This document shows, one piece after another, positions 60,986 to 64,000 of a DNA stretch of 64,000 nt. Below the pieces are notes generated by a model. It was given only the letters and a program-made list of their open reading frames with translations. It was not told the DNA's origin and did not search any database. A program made the position numbers and the translations under genes. Location of the stretch: NCBI GenBank assembly GCA_036172245.1, contig JAYWIR010000005.1, forward strand, positions 2,170,001 through 2,234,000, in the 5' to 3' direction. Numbering within the stretch: the first letter of the stretch is position 1; the number at the start of each line of letters is the position of its first letter. Origin of the DNA: Raillietiella orientalis. Lineage: Eukaryota.

Positions 60986-61527
60986 CTGACCAGAAGAGTC
61001 ACATACACGCACCCTCAGGTGGCATGGACAGTGTCAAAGAGCCTCATGAGTCCGCCGTAAGGGGGCAAGCGGTTCTTCAGCACCTTTTAAGAACCAAAAA
61101 AAAAAAAACCTAAAAGGGAAGCACCCAAAAGAAATTTCTATCGTTTTCAGACAGTAGTAATGAAGTGGCCCCCGGCGTGCTAGGACATTCACCCACCGTC
61201 TCCCTTGCGTGGCAGGAGTGGGCGTTGCTAGTCTTTCATTGGGACACCCCATGCAAAGCGCGCCTTCACCATCGGACATGAGGGAGTTGCAGGTGCGAAG
61301 AGGCAGATCCTCCCGCACCTGCCTCGAGGCTGTGGGTGCGGTATCTGTACCCCCAGAAGGCGTGGCCACGAGTCGCACTTCCTTTTCCTGTCGGCTGGAA
61401 GCACGGCAGCCTGCATTGCTGTGTACACAGCTCCCTTTGTTCGTGAGGGGGGAAGAGGTTGGTTCCACACTCCGTCAGAGGGAGAGGCAACGTTCAGGAT
61501 GGCCATTCTTCTCCCTTAGCGTAGTGT

Positions 61528-61740
61528 GAGATCCTCTCCTGGAATTTATTTTCCGGAGGAAACCCGCAAGGGAACTGCTCCTTGTTTCCTCCTCCTCCGG
61601 AGAGAACCCAAAGGGACGTCTCCAAATTTCTCTCAAGGGCTCTTCCCGAAGGAAGCAGAGCGCTTCTGACACTCCTGGAGAGTTAACCCCCAAAGTGGTA
61701 TCAGCTAGCTCTATGGTACACGATGAAGGGCAGGGGGACT
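61528..61740 (-). repeat. Dispersed repeat family A, copy 7 (inverted relative to copy 6)
   Basis: The reverse complement aligns with 60605-60812 over ~200 bp. Confidence 0.75.
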
Positions 61741-62999
61741 CACCATGTGCCTGTGATTTGGTTTCCCTTTCTACCGTGGTCCCGCTGCTGCATCTCGTTA
61801 CAGGTGCCTGTTGCCGTGGTTGTCCGCATCCGGGTCCTTTCGGAGTCCTGGTTAGCCCCTCTAAAATGGCGACCACTATGGAGATTTCCTGCGACCCCCC
61901 TCTCGTGGACCACTGCTTTTCCGGAAGCAGTGACGCTTAGGGGGAGGGAGGACACAATCAGCCTCCGCATGACACGTCTTCCCGCACTATCTGCATCTCG
62001 TACTGAGAAACGCCTAGTCTTCCCTGCACTGTGCCCGCCCCTCTCGAACAGATTTCCCACAGAACTCTATTCGAATACAGAATTGCATTCTCGTATCCAA
62101 GTCTAGCGCAACCCAATTCACCCCTCCCCCCCCCTTTCCAGCTCCCAACGCTACATCCTGCTCCGAACTCTTGTCTGTACGTCACCAAAAAAATTGACCA
62201 CTCCCGAACGATCAAACCGACGACGCACGAACACAAAAAAGGGAAGTTCTCGAGAGTTCATTTACGAAGCGAACTTCCCTGATGATCCCCACCCCATCTA
62301 CTATTCCCCCCATCTCTTCATCACACATTACTTAGAGCACCACTGACCCTCCTGATCGAGTGGAAGAGCGCGAGCCGTTCGTTCTAACACGCTAGCGCCG
62401 GACGCGCTCATGTATCAGTGAGGTGGGATGGGCCTTCCCCCGGGGCGTTTTCCTGGATTCGGGAGTATCGCAGCTTCCCAAACTGAGGTTTGGGGAACCT
62501 GCCCACTAGGTTCGCTTCAGGTGGATCGCAATCCATCATTTGATTCGCGCTGCTGATTTCTGCAGAGCCCCGCCACTCGGAACAGTTCGGCCACACCAAC
62601 TAGAGCACGTCATTCCGCCTCTAGTCAACCCCTTGGCAAGGGCAAGCAGCCAGCCCGTGTCTTCCCCACTGCTGAAACGCTGGAGTGCAGCGCATTCCAG
62701 TGCTGCACACCCTGGAGAACGAATGCTATTGGTCACGTTCCTGTGCGACGGGCCGACAGAGAGACAAGCGATAATTTCTTCATACCAGGTGGCATCCGGA
62801 AAGATGCTCTTCCTTTGAGAATTTTCCTGGTGATCCTGAAATCTGTGAATCGTGAACTTCCTGAGACAAGAAGAACACCGAAGTCACCGGAAGCAATCAT
62901 TAGTGAACCCAAGGAATCGATTCTGCTCTCCAGTCGTCTCGTTGGCAAGGGCTGAACCAGGGAAAATTCCCTTCCTGTGACGCCACAGCTTGGTTGCAA

Positions 63000-63700
63000 T
63001 CCTCCCAAAGGAGGATGTGATCTGAGTTCTCGATGCTCAAGAAGGAAACACTGGTTTCTTTTCTCTTACTCTTCTCGTAGTTTCATCGGAAGCAGAGCTC
63101 CAGCAAGCAATGCTGGTGCATTCATGGGCCTCCCACGCGGATCTGCTAGTCACCCTTGGTACCCTCGGGCATTTCATACTCCAAGCGAGGCGCGCTTGTT
63201 AGTTGTACGCGACGTCGAGTTTGGGACGGGACGCTGCATCATGAGCAAAGTCGTGGTCCCGTACATCCGGCGAAAGAGCTACGCCGACTGGAGGCAGCAA
63301 TCGAAGGGATCTGGGACGTGGTAGCTTCACGTTATGAAATCATTCTTGCGACGAACGATCGCCCCGTATGGATCCAACGCCACGCAAAAGGAGAAGGGCC
63401 ATCCTGAACATCTCGGTTGCCTTTCCCTCCGAGAGAACCTTCGACCCGTTCGGGAGGCTCCAGGAGGAAAGGAGATCAAAGACAAAGACCTCGACGTCTT
63501 TCCCGTCGAATTTAGATGTTTGGGTGACTGTGGGGGCCATAGTGAATGGCCCTATAGGGTCTTGGGATTGCTACAATGTAGAAGAACGAAAAAGCACAAA
63601 GAAAGCTGGAAGTTCTGCGGCCAGCAAAATGAGGCGCACCCTGGTTGCCTCTAACATTTCATAGGGTCCCTATTTACACTGGACCTACCCCCCAGATGAA
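63000..63700 (+). mobile_element. Second decayed RLE-type (NeSL/R2-group) retrotransposon C-terminus
   Basis: Pieces across frames: WCIH, SCTRRR..GTLHH, LRRLEAAI, TNDRP, RRAILNISVAFP, VTVGAIVNGPIGSWDCYN, KMRRTLVASNI. Their order matches a zinc knuckle followed by a PD-(D/E)xK endonuclease. Boundaries are approximate. Confidence 0.55.
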
Positions 63701-64000
63701 GGAATCGCTCAGAAGAAGGACACTTGAGAAAACTGGTGCCGACTGATGCAGACGGAGACAAAGGAATTTTGGAAATTGTACCATAACCTCATATTGACAG
63801 AATGAGATGGAAAGTTGTAAAATCTTAGGGTGTAAAATCTATGAAAGATAATGACAAGAAAATTCAGGGACTGGCGCTCAGGATCGAAATACTGGAACCG
63901 AGGGAGCGTCACGAGCTCCCCCGGAGTGAAACGCTGCTCTTTTCATAATGCACGTGTTTGTCTCAAAGGACGCTCACTCACGCGCTGAAGAGAAAGGACC

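Overview
Eukaryotic, intron-rich, repeat-laden DNA, most likely arthropod (inferred from the gene families and splice signals; not provable from sequence alone). Most ORFs in the supplied track are spurious. Two spliced genes on the + strand can be assembled by hand. (1) The last three coding exons of a clarin-family tetraspan membrane protein (17998-18186, 21148-21283, 31902-32037); its first exon was not found in the window. (2) A complete 10-exon GMC oxidoreductase (glucose dehydrogenase-like, about 606 aa, 39850-56644), followed by a decayed duplicate of its exon 8. The rest is a transposon graveyard. It holds two sharply bounded, very AT-rich islands with related terminal inverted repeats and a repeated ~32-bp internal module (3269-5060, 10309-11360). 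The first island contains a 5'-truncated Utopia/NeSL-type RLE retrotransposon with a 9-bp target-site duplication. There is also a second RLE relic near 63 kb, several LINE RT/endonuclease fossils, a ~0.5-kb dispersed repeat in at least 7 copies (some as inverted pairs), tRNA-like SINE heads, long palindromes and many polypurine/polypyrimidine tracts. No prokaryotic-type system (CRISPR, operon, rRNA) is evident. The best candidate for something undescribed is the TIR-bounded AT-island family.
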